Source of the DNA: Candidatus Daviesbacteria bacterium
Lineage (GTDB): Bacteria > Patescibacteriota > Microgenomatia > Daviesbacterales > UBA10151
Direction of reading: 5' to 3'
Assembly (NCBI GenBank): GCA_016186985.1
Contig: JACPKO010000038.1
Location: 1-43,913, forward strand
DNA length: 43,913 nt
Under the pieces are notes generated by a model, which ran no database searches, was not told the origin of the DNA, and worked only from the letters and a program-made list of their open reading frames with translations. Below are positions 29,035 to 39,956 of the stretch, in pieces (the stretch's first letter is position 1; every line of letters begins with the position of its first letter). A program made the translations under genes and the position numbers.

Positions 29035-30447
29035 ATGTTAAGCAAACTTTTTCCGTTACTTGACTATCTATATATATTCCAGCTTTTGGAATATGATCGC
29101 GGCGATTTTTTAAAATGGTTTTTTAATAATCCCTTAAGAAGAAATTTGCAGAAAAAAAACTCGCTTGAGCTTACTTTAAAAATCCAGTTTTTGGCAACAA
29201 TTACCTCTTTTATTATGCTCACACTTTCAACATTAATTGCTTTAATTCTCTTTAGCGGAAGTTTATTAATTTTAGTTATGGTTTATATTTTTTTTGAGTC
29301 AATTTCACCTTTGTTTATTGTTTTTTCTTCAATCCTGTTTTCGCCGTTTGACTTTTACTTTAAATTTAAAATAACCCAAAGCGCAAAGAGAAAACTCCAG
29401 GGCCTCAAGAATTTAAAAACAGTTGCAATAATCGGTTCGTATGCCAAAACCTCAACCAAAAATATTCTCTATACACTTTTATGGAAAGATTTTTATACTG
29501 TTAAAACCCCCAAAAGTTTTAACACGCCCGTGGCAATCGCCAAAACAATTCTTTCAGATCTTAAGGAAACAACTGAAATTTTTATTGTAGAAATGGATGC
29601 GTATCACCCGGGCGACATCAGAAATCTTTGCAAAATTGCAAACCCAGATATGGCAATTATAACCGCCATTGCCCCGCAGCACTTAGAAAGGTTTGGCAAT
29701 ATTGAAAAACTTGCAAGAACTCAATTTGAGGAAGTGCAGTTTTTAAAAGACGGTCCCTTATTTCTAAATTCAATGGATGAGTTAACTATGCAGACTCATG
29801 GAAAATTTAATGCACAAAAAATTTTCTTCGGGGGAGAAGTTGATAAATTTAGGATTGAGAATGTAAAAAGCAAAGAAGGCGGAGTTGCATTTAAACTGAT
29901 TCTTGATAGAGACAAAATTGACATTGATTTACCGCTTCCGGGGGAACATAACGCTTATAACTTTTTAGCAGCCGCTGCAATCGCTTATAACCTGGGACTT
30001 AGCGCAAAAATAATTGCTTCCCGGGCCCGGTTAATTTTACCTACCGAACACCGTTTGGAAATAAGAAAAACGGGAAAACTTACTATTATCGATAACAGCT
30101 ACAACACTAATCCGAAAGTAGTCATTTCATCCTTAAAACTCCTTAAAGAAACCGGAAAAGATTTAAAAAAAATATTAATAACACCTGGGCTTATAGAGCA
30201 GGGAAAGAACGCTGAAATTGAAAACAAAAAGTTTATTAAAAATGCCGGTAAAGTCGCTGACGAAATAATAATTGTTGGTGAGAGTTTTAAGCTATTTTTG
30301 AAGTCAGGATTAAATGAAGCAAGGTTTCCCAAAAACAAAACCCACTTTGCTCTCTCGACAAAATCAGCGATGGAGATTGCCAGCAAACTCGCGCAAAAGG
30401 ATGCAGTTATTTTAATTGAAAACGATTTGCCGGACCAATATTCCTAA
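29035..30447 (+). CDS. murF: MurF-like Mur ligase with N-terminal TM helices
   Basis: GSYAKTSTK, SFNT, IVEM, QHLERF, HRLE, IIDNSYNTN, TPGLIEQG, terminal ENDLPDQY. Confidence 0.8.
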   Translation: MLSKLFPLLDYLYIFQLLEYDRGDFLKWFFNNPLRRNLQKKNSLELTLKIQFLATITSFIMLTLSTLIALILFSGSLLILVMVYIFFESISPLFIVFSSILFSPFDFYFKFKITQSAKRKLQGLKNLKTVAIIGSYAKTSTKNILYTLLWKDFYTVKTPKSFNTPVAIAKTILSDLKETTEIFIVEMDAYHPGDIRNLCKIANPDMAIITAIAPQHLERFGNIEKLARTQFEEVQFLKDGPLFLNSMDELTMQTHGKFNAQKIFFGGEVDKFRIENVKSKEGGVAFKLILDRDKIDIDLPLPGEHNAYNFLAAAAIAYNLGLSAKIIASRARLILPTEHRLEIRKTGKLTIIDNSYNTNPKVVISSLKLLKETGKDLKKILITPGLIEQGKNAEIENKKFIKNAGKVADEIIIVGESFKLFLKSGLNEARFPKNKTHFALSTKSAMEIASKLAQKDAVILIENDLPDQYS

Positions 30448-30489
30448 AACACTTGAATGTTTAAGTAAACAAGTTAAAATAGTAACTTA

Positions 30490-31803
30490 ATGAAGATTAG
30501 TTTAATAAAAGCCAGGCAGATTTTAGATTCCAGAGGAAACCCCACGGTTGAAACAGATGTTACATTGGAAGATGGCTCATTTGGAAGGGCAGCGGTTCCC
30601 TCCGGCGCCTCAACGGGGACACATGAAGCAATTGAACTCCGGGATAACAATCCCAAAATTTATCAGGGCAAATCAGTACAAAAAGCCGTTTATAACGTAA
30701 ATGGCCCGATTGCAAAGGCTTTAATTGGAAAAGCGGCGGAAGACCAGGATGCAATAGACAAAACTTTAATAGACCTTGACGGAACTGAAAATAAATCAAG
30801 ACTTGGTGCAAATGCAATTTTAGCAGTTTCAATCGCCGTATCAAAAGCCGCAGCATTATCCCAAAAGAAACCACTTTATGCATACTTCAATGAACTTGCG
30901 GGAAATCCAAAAATGCAGATGCCTGTTCCTATGATGAATATTATCAATGGAGGAAGGCACGCGGCCGGATCCACGGATATTCAGGAATTCATGATAATCC
31001 CGATTTCTGCCAAAACCTTTTCTGAAGCTTTACGGATGGGGGTTGAAGTGTTTCATACTCTGGAAAAAGTTTTAAAAACAAAAGGGTATGCCACAACTGT
31101 TGGTGACGAGGGAGGTTATTCACTCCCGGTAAAATCCGGTAACAAAGATGCAATGGACCTAATTTTAGAAGCAATCCGGCAAGCAGGATACTTTCCCCGT
31201 AAAGATTTTTTACTGGCTTTGGATGTTGCGGCTTCTGAGCTTTACATAGACCGGGAATATTGGTTAAACACTGAAAGTGAAAGGCTCCAAACCTTACAAA
31301 TGGTTGAATGGCTGCAGGGACTTGCACGGATGTACCCTGTTGTATCTATCGAGGACGGGCTGGACCAAAACGACTGGGAAGGCTGGAAAAAATTAACCAA
31401 GTCAATTGGCGAGACCACTCAAATTGTTGGCGACGATTTATTTGTAACAAATCCCAAATTCCTTAAAAAGGGCGTGGATGAAAAAGCCGCAAATGCAATA
31501 TTGATAAAATTAAACCAGATTGGGACATTGAGTGAAACCATCAAAACAGTAAAAACGGCAAGGGAAGCTAACTTTAAATCCATTATTTCCCACCGGTCAG
31601 GAGAAACAGAAGACACAACAATTGCTCACCTTGCAGTTGGACTTGGAACCGGGCAAATCAAAACAGGATCACTTTGTAGAACTGACCGGATTGCAAAGTA
31701 TAATGAACTTTTAAGGATTGAGGAAGAACTTGGGGACAAAGCGGATTATCCGAAGGAAAGCTCTGCTTATCCGGGGAAAGAAGTATTCAAAAGAAATGGC
31801 TAA
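30490..31803 (+). CDS. eno: Enolase
   Basis: [45 protein letters not shown]. Confidence 0.98.
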   Translation: MKISLIKARQILDSRGNPTVETDVTLEDGSFGRAAVPSGASTGTHEAIELRDNNPKIYQGKSVQKAVYNVNGPIAKALIGKAAEDQDAIDKTLIDLDGTENKSRLGANAILAVSIAVSKAAALSQKKPLYAYFNELAGNPKMQMPVPMMNIINGGRHAAGSTDIQEFMIIPISAKTFSEALRMGVEVFHTLEKVLKTKGYATTVGDEGGYSLPVKSGNKDAMDLILEAIRQAGYFPRKDFLLALDVAASELYIDREYWLNTESERLQTLQMVEWLQGLARMYPVVSIEDGLDQNDWEGWKKLTKSIGETTQIVGDDLFVTNPKFLKKGVDEKAANAILIKLNQIGTLSETIKTVKTAREANFKSIISHRSGETEDTTIAHLAVGLGTGQIKTGSLCRTDRIAKYNELLRIEEELGDKADYPKESSAYPGKEVFKRNG

Positions 31804-32394
31804 GCTTGTTTTGGTGAGGCACGGCGAATCCAAGTGGAATAAACTAGGCCTCTGGCAAGGCTGGACCGACATTGATTTAACCAAAAAAGGCATCAAACAG
31901 GCAAAAGAAACCGGCAGGCAACTCAAAGATATTCATTTCGACTTCGCATACTCATCACCGCTAATCCGTGCAACTAAAACTTTAAACGAAATTATGAAAG
32001 TATTAGGCCGGAATGACTTAAAAGTTGTAACAGATCATGCAATAACTGAGAAACATTACGGGATTTATGCAGGTAAAAATAAGTGGCAGGTCAAAGAAGA
32101 AATTGGAGAAGAAGAATTCCTAAAATTGAGAAGATCCTGGGACTATCCAACACCTGAAGGCGAGTCAATGAAACAAGTTTACGAAAGGTTAATTCCGTAT
32201 TACAGGAAAGAAATTTTACCTAAACTGAAGCAGGGGAAAAATGTCATTATCTCCTCTCACGGCAATACATTGAAGAAGAAATTGCAAAATTAGAATTCGG
32301 AATAGGGGAAGCTTACGTTTACGAAATTGATAAAAATGGAAAGGTCGCGGACAAAGAAATCAGGAATAAAAATCCCCTTGCAGGTAAACAGTAA
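31796..32394 (+). pseudogene. gpmA: 2,3-bisphosphoglycerate-dependent phosphoglycerate mutase, frameshifted near the C-terminus
   Basis: LVRHGES and SHGNTL, then a stop at 32293; the C-terminus EEEIAKLEFGIGEAYVYE... continues in another frame to TAA at 32394. Confidence 0.85.
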
Positions 32395-32418
32395 TGTTAC
32401 ACCTCCGAGGTGTAACAT
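32394..32418. repeat. 25-bp palindromic element between convergent gpmA and dsbA (possible bidirectional terminator)
   Basis: atgttacacctc-c-gaggtgtaacat with 12-bp perfect arms. Confidence 0.85.
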
Positions 32419-32421
32419 GTT

Positions 32422-33057
32422 TTACTTTATTTTTGATTCTATTTCGGCTTTTAAAGCTTCGTAGGAGGTGCTTTTTTTGTAAATCTCACCATTAAAGAAA
32501 AGGGTAGGGGTGGAATTAACACCTAAAGCATTCCCGTCGGACATATCGTTTCTGATTTTTTGTTTAATTGCATCGTTATTTATATCAGAAGCAAACTTTT
32601 CAATATCCATTCCGAATTCTCCCGCATATTTTTTGAAAATTTCTATTACATTGGCTTCATTTTCCCATTCCGGCTGTAAGTCATATAATTTATCATGCAT
32701 TTCCCAAGCTTTACCCTGTAAGTTTGCCGCCTCTACAGCACGGGCTGCAATTTCAGCATTTTTGTGCTGTGACAGCGGGAAATGGCGGAAAACAAAATTA
32801 ACCTGTCCGGGGAAATCGGAAATAGCTTTTTTAATTCCAGGGTAGGCAATAGCACAAGCGGGACACTGGAAGTCCCCAAACTCAACCATCGTCAATTTTG
32901 CTGAATCGGTAGATATTTTCAGGGAGTCTTCTCTTACAAGTCTTGAAGATTCAATAACTACCGGTTTTTCACCCTTGCTTAAGAAAAAGACTGCGCCAAT
33001 AACAAGCGCGACTGTAATAACTGCGATTCCTGTAAGTATTTTTACTTCCTGTGTCAT
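32422..33057 (-). CDS. DsbA/BdbD-family thiol-disulfide oxidoreductase, membrane anchored
   Basis: N-terminal TM, EFGDFQCPAC, FRHFPL, GVNSTPT. Confidence 0.92.
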   Translation of the reverse strand: MTQEVKILTGIAVITVALVIGAVFFLSKGEKPVVIESSRLVREDSLKISTDSAKLTMVEFGDFQCPACAIAYPGIKKAISDFPGQVNFVFRHFPLSQHKNAEIAARAVEAANLQGKAWEMHDKLYDLQPEWENEANVIEIFKKYAGEFGMDIEKFASDINNDAIKQKIRNDMSDGNALGVNSTPTLFFNGEIYKKSTSYEALKAEIESKIK

Positions 33058-33059
33058 TT

Positions 33060-33485
33060 CTATACTTCTTTACTGGATTTTAAACTTATCCACGCACAAG
33101 CGCTTATTATAGCAAAAGATGTTAAAGATAAAAATGGTATAGTCACAAACCCAAGCCACTGGATAAACTTAGTTGTACAGGAAATACCTGCGGCACAAGG
33201 AGCTGCTGCCTCAGGTATTAAACTGTAATATAAAAGATTGTGGTAAAAAGCAATGACAAAGCCCAAAAGTGAGAGGACTAAAACATAATAAGGCATCAGT
33301 TTATCTTTCTTTAAAATACCTATGGCTAAAATAACAACGAGGGGATACATTGCTATCCTTTGGTACCAGCAAAGAACACAAGGGGGAAATTTAAGTATTT
33401 CACTAAAAAATAAACTGCCGACAGTAGATATAAGGGCTTGAAAAAAAGCGATGTATAGTATGTTTCTTTTTAAAATTTTTAACAT
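33060..33485 (-). CDS. DsbB/BdbC-family disulfide bond formation protein
   Basis: GSLFFSE, PCVLCWYQRI, second Cys pair, four TM segments. Confidence 0.92.
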   Translation of the reverse strand: MLKILKRNILYIAFFQALISTVGSLFFSEILKFPPCVLCWYQRIAMYPLVVILAIGILKKDKLMPYYVLVLSLLGFVIAFYHNLLYYSLIPEAAAPCAAGISCTTKFIQWLGFVTIPFLSLTSFAIISACAWISLKSSKEV

Positions 33486-33516
33486 TTATGTATTTTAATG
33501 AACTGGTTGCAAACCC

Positions 33517-34674
33517 TCAAGCTTTAGCTTTTGCCATCATTTCTAAAAGCCCCGACTCAAAAACATAAGTTGTTTTTTTTCTGTCTTCCTTCCGCTCAAG
33601 TGCAAACTCAATTAATTTATCCAAAAGCTCTTTATATGAAAGTCCGGACTTTTCCCAAAGGTAAAATGCCAAAGACCCCGGTGGAGAGTTGACTTCATTG
33701 ATCCAAAATTTCTCAGCTTTGACATCAACAAAAAAGTCTATCCGTACAACTCCGCAACCATTTAATGATTTAAAAACTTTTATTGTTGACTCCTGTATCT
33801 TTTTTGTGAGGGAGGGCGAAATTGGAGCAGGAATTATCCTTGATAAGGTTTCCATTCCGCCTGCTCTTTTATCTTTACCGCCTTTCATATACTTATCCGA
33901 AAATGTTAAAAGTTCCTCAGATTTTACCGGCTGTTCACAAACAGAAGCTTTAACATTTCTGTACCCCATTGCCGAACAATTTACCTCGATTATATCTTTA
34001 CCAAATGATTCTTCGATTATTATCCTTTCGGAATAAGCTGATGCTACTTCAATCGCAAACTGCAGTGAATCCTCGTCAACAGCTTTTCCCGCTCCAATTG
34101 AAGATCCGCCAGTCGCAGGTTTTACAAACATCGGGAATTTAAGTTCTGATTTAATTTTCCTAAGGCAAACCTTTGGAGCTAAAATCCAATCATTCCTTGT
34201 TATCCAGGTATATTTCCCAACCTCTAAACCAATCTCTTTAAACAAAGCCTTTGACATTATTTTATCCATGCAAACTGCAGATGCAGTAACATCAAGCCCA
34301 ACATAAGGGATGCCATAAACTTCAAAAACCCCCTGTATGCAACCGTCTTCGCCGAAAGAACCATGGAATAGGGGAAATGCCACATCAATAGGTTCGAATT
34401 TCTTTAGAAAACCCTGTTTTAAAAAACCTCCTGAAGTCCTGTTAGCCGGGACAATCTGGGTTGAGGAGTATAATAACCCCTGCACATCCTTGTAATTTTT
34501 TATATCAAGGAATTTATGCCCTGTAAAAAAATGCCCTGACTTATCAACGTATACCGGAATCACTTCATATTTGTCTTTGTCTAGATTCACATAAGCCTGA
34601 AGCGCAGAGATTACTGACACCTCATGTTCAACTGACCTCCCTCCAAAAAAAAGCCCGACTTTTATTTTGCTCAT
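33517..34674 (-). CDS. ddl: D-alanine-D-alanine ligase family protein
   Basis: FGGRSVEHEVS, HGSFGEDG, PMFVKP..GGSSIG, RIDFF, NEVN; start at ATG 34674 (MSKIKVG). Confidence 0.92.
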   Translation of the reverse strand: MSKIKVGLFFGGRSVEHEVSVISALQAYVNLDKDKYEVIPVYVDKSGHFFTGHKFLDIKNYKDVQGLLYSSTQIVPANRTSGGFLKQGFLKKFEPIDVAFPLFHGSFGEDGCIQGVFEVYGIPYVGLDVTASAVCMDKIMSKALFKEIGLEVGKYTWITRNDWILAPKVCLRKIKSELKFPMFVKPATGGSSIGAGKAVDEDSLQFAIEVASAYSERIIIEESFGKDIIEVNCSAMGYRNVKASVCEQPVKSEELLTFSDKYMKGGKDKRAGGMETLSRIIPAPISPSLTKKIQESTIKVFKSLNGCGVVRIDFFVDVKAEKFWINEVNSPPGSLAFYLWEKSGLSYKELLDKLIEFALERKEDRKKTTYVFESGLLEMMAKAKA

Positions 34675-34680
34675 TACATT

Positions 34681-34689
34681 ATTATACCA
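34681..34689 (-). promoter_or_regulatory. Extended -10 promoter, leaderless ddl
   Basis: TGgTATAAT ends 6 nt before ATG 34674. Confidence 0.6.
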
Positions 34690-34738
34690 GTTCTTGCTTG
34701 AGTTTTGAGCGTGATTATGGTTAAATGGTTTAGGCAAA

Positions 34739-37315
34739 ATGGACGAAAACACCCCACAGCAAACTAATATCGGAAGGATCGAAAACGCTCCACTTGTCGA
34801 AGAGATGCAAAAATCCTACCTCGATTACGCCATGAGCGTAATCGTTTCCAGAGCCTTACCTGATGTCAGGGACGGGCTTAAACCTGTCCAAAGAAGGATC
34901 GTTTTTGCCATGAGTGAGCAGGGATTGCATCATACCTCAAGGTACCAGAAATCGGCAGCAGTCGTTGGTGAAGTTTTAAAAAATTATCACCCTCATGGTG
35001 ACGCACCTGTTTATGAAGCTATGGTCCGCATGGCACAGGATTTTTCTATGCGTTATCCAATGGTTGACGGCCAGGGAAACTTTGGATCAATTGACGGCGA
35101 TTCTCCTGCTGCAATGCGTTATACCGAGGCCAGGCTTTCATCAATAGCTGATGAATTATTACGTGACATTAACAAAGATACTGTAGATTTTATTGAAAAT
35201 TATTCAGGCACCACTAAGGAACCTGTCTGGCTTCCTACTGTAATTCCGAATCTTTTATTAAACGGAGCCCAGGGTATCGCTGTCGGCATGGCTACGCAGA
35301 TTCCGCCCCATAATTTAGGGGAAGTTTGCGATGCGTTAATTTACATGATTGAACACCCTGCAAAAGAGTCAGGAAAGAGTGAGGAGGAAAGAGAAAAGAC
35401 AAAAACCCAAACTCAAGAAGTAAAGTTGGGCCAGACCGTTGAAGAGTTAAAACAGGAAGTTTACTACCAATCTTCAGCCACTGTTGAGGATTTAATGCAA
35501 TTTATTAAGGGTCCTGATTTTCCGACAGGTGCTTCAATTTACGATCAAAGTGAATTTCTCGCAGCATACGCTACAGGCAAAGGCAGGGTTGTTATGAGGG
35601 CTAAAGCTGAAATTGAAGAAGCAAGGGGAGGCAGGTTCGATATCATTGTAACAGAACTTCCATACCAGGTTAACAAAGCAGTTTTGATTGCTAAAATTGC
35701 TGACCTTGTAAAAGACAAAAAAATCGAAGGCATCTCAGACTTGCGCGATGAATCCGACCGGCGGGGAATGAGGGTTGTGGTGGAGTTAAAAAGGGACGCC
35801 AAACCCCAATCTGTATTAAATAACCTTTTCAAACATACAGCCATGCAGTCAGTTTTTAATGTAAACATGGTAGCGCTTTCAGACGGAGTACCGCATTTAA
35901 TGACTTTAAAGCGGGTTTTGGGGGAATTTATCCATCACAGGCAGATTGTTATCACAAGAAGATCGGAATTTGAACTAAAAGAAGCTAGAGCCCGCGAGCA
36001 TATATTAGAAGGGTTAAAAATTGCCGTTGATAACATTGACGAAGTAATTAACACTATCCGAAAAAGCAAAGACGCTGATGAGGCTAAAGGAAAGTTGATG
36101 TCTAAATTTAAACTATCCGATATCCAGGCTGTTGCAATTTTGGATATGCAGCTTCGCCGCCTGGCAGCCCTTGAAAGGCAGAGGATTGAAGACGAGTTAA
36201 AACTTATACGCGAGTTGATTGCTTACCTTCAAGATTTATTAGCCCAACCGGAAAAAATCTTAAAAGTTGTCCGGGAAGACCTGAAAAAGATTAAGGACCG
36301 CTACGGGGATGACCGGAGGACCAGGGTATATAAACAAAAGGTCGGAGAATTTTCCGAAGAAGACCTGGTAGCTGATGAACAAACCATAGTCACAGTTACA
36401 CAAGGCGGGTATGTAAAAAGACAACTTCCGGGAACTTTCAGGACTCAAGCAAGGGGAGGCAAAGGTGTTTCCGGAATTACAACTAAAGAGGAAGACGCAG
36501 TTTCGCATCTTTTCTATACCAGAACTTTAGATAATTTATTGTTTTTTACAGATAAAGGCCGGGTTTTCCAGATCAAAGTTTGGGAGATTCCAGAAACTTC
36601 AAGGGTTGCTAAAGGCCAGGCAATTGTAAATTTAATAAACATTGACCAGGGTGAAAAAATTACTGCTATTTTAACCCACCGCGCTAAAGACAAATACAAA
36701 TTCTTATTTATGTGCACTAAGCAGGGCAATGTAAAAAAAACTCCAGTTGAAGAATACGCTAATATCCGCAAAAACGGGCTTATCTCAATCAAACTCGATC
36801 CTGGCGACGAACTGGGTTGGGTTGTACCAACTTCAGGTTCAGATGATTTAGTGATAGTCTCTTACCGGGGTCAATCAATCCGCTTTAAAGAATCCCAGGT
36901 CCGGCCAACGCACCGGGACACTTCAGGTGTAAGGGGAGTAATGCTCGAAAAAGGCGACGAAGTTGTCTCGATGAATGTTGTCATTGATCAAACAGGAATG
37001 CTTCTGGTGGTTATGGAAAATGGTTTGGGCAAAAAAACTCCTATTACTGCCTGGAAAATCCAGGGAAGGGGAGGCTCAGGGATAAAAGCTGCCCAGGTCA
37101 CCGACAAAACCGGAAAAATAGTCACTGCCGAGCTTATTAACAAAACCCACGAAACTCTGGTCCTAACTTCCACTAAGGGCCAATTAATTAAGTTAAACAT
37201 TAAAGAGATCCCAACGCTGCAGCGTCAAACCCAGGGGGTAATTTTAATGCGCGTGAAGCCGGGGGAAAAGGTCGCCGCTACCACTGTTGTAGCCAAAAAG
37301 GAAATTGAAAAATGA
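34739..37315 (+). CDS. gyrA: DNA gyrase subunit A
   Basis: [23 protein letters not shown] catalytic Tyr, GyrA-box QARGGKG, beta-pinwheel repeats. Confidence 0.97.
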   Translation: MDENTPQQTNIGRIENAPLVEEMQKSYLDYAMSVIVSRALPDVRDGLKPVQRRIVFAMSEQGLHHTSRYQKSAAVVGEVLKNYHPHGDAPVYEAMVRMAQDFSMRYPMVDGQGNFGSIDGDSPAAMRYTEARLSSIADELLRDINKDTVDFIENYSGTTKEPVWLPTVIPNLLLNGAQGIAVGMATQIPPHNLGEVCDALIYMIEHPAKESGKSEEEREKTKTQTQEVKLGQTVEELKQEVYYQSSATVEDLMQFIKGPDFPTGASIYDQSEFLAAYATGKGRVVMRAKAEIEEARGGRFDIIVTELPYQVNKAVLIAKIADLVKDKKIEGISDLRDESDRRGMRVVVELKRDAKPQSVLNNLFKHTAMQSVFNVNMVALSDGVPHLMTLKRVLGEFIHHRQIVITRRSEFELKEARAREHILEGLKIAVDNIDEVINTIRKSKDADEAKGKLMSKFKLSDIQAVAILDMQLRRLAALERQRIEDELKLIRELIAYLQDLLAQPEKILKVVREDLKKIKDRYGDDRRTRVYKQKVGEFSEEDLVADEQTIVTVTQGGYVKRQLPGTFRTQARGGKGVSGITTKEEDAVSHLFYTRTLDNLLFFTDKGRVFQIKVWEIPETSRVAKGQAIVNLINIDQGEKITAILTHRAKDKYKFLFMCTKQGNVKKTPVEEYANIRKNGLISIKLDPGDELGWVVPTSGSDDLVIVSYRGQSIRFKESQVRPTHRDTSGVRGVMLEKGDEVVSMNVVIDQTGMLLVVMENGLGKKTPITAWKIQGRGGSGIKAAQVTDKTGKIVTAELINKTHETLVLTSTKGQLIKLNIKEIPTLQRQTQGVILMRVKPGEKVAATTVVAKKEIEK

Positions 37316-37545
37316 ACAGGTTTAAAAAACTCCCGATAGAGAAAGTACTCACCAACATAGTAATACTTTATTTTGCTGTTGGCCTAATTTTTGCCATTCT
37401 TTTCGCTATCTATTATAAATGGGAATGGTTCGGGTATTTTTCCCCCGGGTTTTTTGCAGTTTTAATTTCCTGGCCCTTCCAGGCATGGGGATTTGTTAAT
37501 GACTTAATTTATTTCGGCCTAAGCGGTAAGCCAACACCAATTTAA
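37312..37545 (+). CDS. Small hypothetical membrane protein
   Basis: ATGA overlap with the gyrA stop; hydrophobic segments. Confidence 0.65.
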   Translation: MNRFKKLPIEKVLTNIVILYFAVGLIFAILFAIYYKWEWFGYFSPGFFAVLISWPFQAWGFVNDLIYFGLSGKPTPI

Positions 37546-37548
37546 CTT

Positions 37549-39954
37549 TCAAATTCCAAAGATGTTCTTTAAAAAAGGGACAGTAATAATTAGAACCTGT
37601 GATATAACTACCAATCCCACTGATACTAAAAGATATTTGTTTGAAAAGATTGAGTGGTGAGTTCGCATAATAAAGATAAACACCATTTGAAGTATTACAA
37701 CCAGGCTAAAAGCCCAGGCACGGGCTACGGTAATATTAATGTTGTAATAGGCATAAAGGAAACTGCCTAGGGTAATTAGGGCAATTAGAAGCGCAAACAT
37801 ACAAATAAACTTAATCGTCCCGAAATCCAAAATTGACTGTTTAACATTTCTTGGCAAAGCTTTCATGGTATTTTCAGACGCGTCATCCGCAGCCAAGCTT
37901 AAAGCAGGCAAACCGTCTGTAACAAAATTTATCCAGAGTATTTGTGTTGCAGAGAGTGGAGAGGGTAAGCCAATTATTGCTGCGCCTACAATTACTAAAA
38001 CCTCCGACAAATTTCCTGTCAGTAAAAACTTTACTACTTTAAAGATATTGTTATAAGTTCTTCGTCCTTCCTCAATAGCTGTAACTATTGTCGAGAGGTT
38101 ATCATCCAAAATTATGATGTCCGAGGCTTCTTTGGCCACATCAGTGCCTGTTTGACCCATAGCCACACCGACATGGGCCTGTTTTAGCGCCAGGGCGTCA
38201 TTAACCCCGTCCCCGGTTACAGCAACAATTTTTCCCAGACGCTGATAAGATCTAACAATCCTTAATTTATGTTCAGGAAGAACCCTTGCAAAAATCCGCA
38301 CTTTCTCAATCCTCAAGTTAAGTTCCTCATCAGATAATTCATCCAGATTTGCACCAGTTAAAACCTCATCACCTTCCTCTAAAAGCCCTACATCTTTAGC
38401 GATTGCTTTGGCTGTTAATTCATTATCTCCCGTTACCATAACTGTTGTAATCCCGGCGCGGCGGGCTTTTTCTATAGCCTGTTTTGCCTCAAGCCTGGCC
38501 GAATCAGCAACCCCGATAAGCCCTAAAAAATCTAGGTCTTTTTCCAGTTTTTCTATTCCCGCTTTATTACCTTTAATCTCTGCTTTGGCAAATGCTAAAA
38601 CCCTTAGTCCCTGCAAAGCCATATCTTTATATGAGTTTTCAATCTCTTTTATTTTTCTGGGTGAGATTTTACAAAGCGGCAATATTGATTCGGGAGCGCC
38701 TTTTGTAAAAAGTGTGACTTTGTTTCCCTGCTCCCACAAAACGCTCATCCTTCTTTTTTCCGAGTTAAAAGGTTCTTCTTCTAAGATTTTTCCCTGAGAG
38801 CGGATTTGTTCGAAATCATGATTTTTCTCCTTTGCCCAAAGCAATAATGCACCCTCGGTTGTATCCCCTAAAATATCGAACGAACCATTGCCCGCTTCGC
38901 CACGAGCTGCGCCGATAGGCGAGCGAGGCGAGTCTTCTTTTATTACAAGAGAGGAGCTGTTGCAAATAATACTGCAGGCGATAAGCTCGTTTAAGTTTAT
39001 GGAGAGCGCAAAAACTTTTCTAACGCTCATCTCGTTTCGGGTTAGTGTTCCTGTCTTATCAGTACAAATTACTGAAGTTGCACCGAGAGATTCAACCGCA
39101 CTCATTTTTCGGACTAAGGTTTTTTTGGAATACATCTTGCGTACTCCAAACGCCAGCATTACTGTTACAACAGCCGGGAGGCCTTCCGGTACCACGGCAA
39201 CCATCAATGCAATACTTGAAGTTAAAGTCTCAAGCACCTCATATCCTTGAAATAACCTGAGACCAAAAACGACAACCGCCACAAAAATTGCAGCCAGCCC
39301 CAGATTTCTCGCCAAACCGTTTAACGAAATCTCAAGCGGCGTTTTTTCCTCTTCAATATCTGTTAGAGTAAGAGCTAACTGTCCAAATTTTGTACTTACC
39401 CCGGTTTTTTCGACTTGCAAGACACCGCGGCCTGAGGAAACTGTTGTTCCGAAAAATAATTCATTCTCGTCTTTCTCTTTTGTCTTTACAACAGGCAATG
39501 ATTCGCCGGTCAAAGCCGACTGGTTAACATACATCTCAAAGCTTTCAACAAGGCTGCCATCAGCTGGAATGCGATCTCCTGACTCCAAGATAACCAAATC
39601 ACCCGGAACAATTTCCGTTGAAGGAATTTCTACTTGCTTACCATCCCGGTAAACCCTTGAAAAAGCCACTTCCAATTTACGCAAACCTTCCAGTTCTTTT
39701 GAGGCTTTAAATTCCTGCCAAAAACCAAGGCCGATATTTAAAACAAGAATTATCAAAATCAATGTCCCGTCAACAACATGGCCGACAATATAGGAAAGTA
39801 TTGAAGCAAATATTAAAAGCCAGACTAAAAGATTTTTAAATTGTGCTGATAACAATTTTAAAACAGAATAAGTCTTTTTCGAGGGCAATTGATTTAAGCC
39901 TGTCTGCGCCAGTTTAGTTTTCGCATCAGCTGTTGATAATCCTTTTTTTTCCAT
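37549..39954 (-). CDS. Cation-transporting P-type ATPase (P2A, Ca2+-type)
   Basis: LTGES, VPEGL, DKTGT, KGAPE, TGDN, GDGVND, WINFVTD. Confidence 0.95.
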   Translation of the reverse strand: MEKKGLSTADAKTKLAQTGLNQLPSKKTYSVLKLLSAQFKNLLVWLLIFASILSYIVGHVVDGTLILIILVLNIGLGFWQEFKASKELEGLRKLEVAFSRVYRDGKQVEIPSTEIVPGDLVILESGDRIPADGSLVESFEMYVNQSALTGESLPVVKTKEKDENELFFGTTVSSGRGVLQVEKTGVSTKFGQLALTLTDIEEEKTPLEISLNGLARNLGLAAIFVAVVVFGLRLFQGYEVLETLTSSIALMVAVVPEGLPAVVTVMLAFGVRKMYSKKTLVRKMSAVESLGATSVICTDKTGTLTRNEMSVRKVFALSINLNELIACSIICNSSSLVIKEDSPRSPIGAARGEAGNGSFDILGDTTEGALLLWAKEKNHDFEQIRSQGKILEEEPFNSEKRRMSVLWEQGNKVTLFTKGAPESILPLCKISPRKIKEIENSYKDMALQGLRVLAFAKAEIKGNKAGIEKLEKDLDFLGLIGVADSARLEAKQAIEKARRAGITTVMVTGDNELTAKAIAKDVGLLEEGDEVLTGANLDELSDEELNLRIEKVRIFARVLPEHKLRIVRSYQRLGKIVAVTGDGVNDALALKQAHVGVAMGQTGTDVAKEASDIIILDDNLSTIVTAIEEGRRTYNNIFKVVKFLLTGNLSEVLVIVGAAIIGLPSPLSATQILWINFVTDGLPALSLAADDASENTMKALPRNVKQSILDFGTIKFICMFALLIALITLGSFLYAYYNINITVARAWAFSLVVILQMVFIFIMRTHHSIFSNKYLLVSVGLVVISQVLIITVPFLKNIFGI
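38892..38933. mobile_element. 42-bp GC-rich hairpin element in frame in the P-type ATPase
   Basis: ccgcttcgcc...agcgaggcgagt ends are identical to those of 1890-1916; encodes SPRSPIGAARGEAG. Confidence 0.85.
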
Positions 39955-39956
39955 GA

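Noticed and set aside
34675..34752. N-terminal extensions in the ORF track for ddl (likewise 18678, 31718, 40502)
   Set aside because: They overlap promoters or neighbouring genes; downstream ATGs match family N-termini
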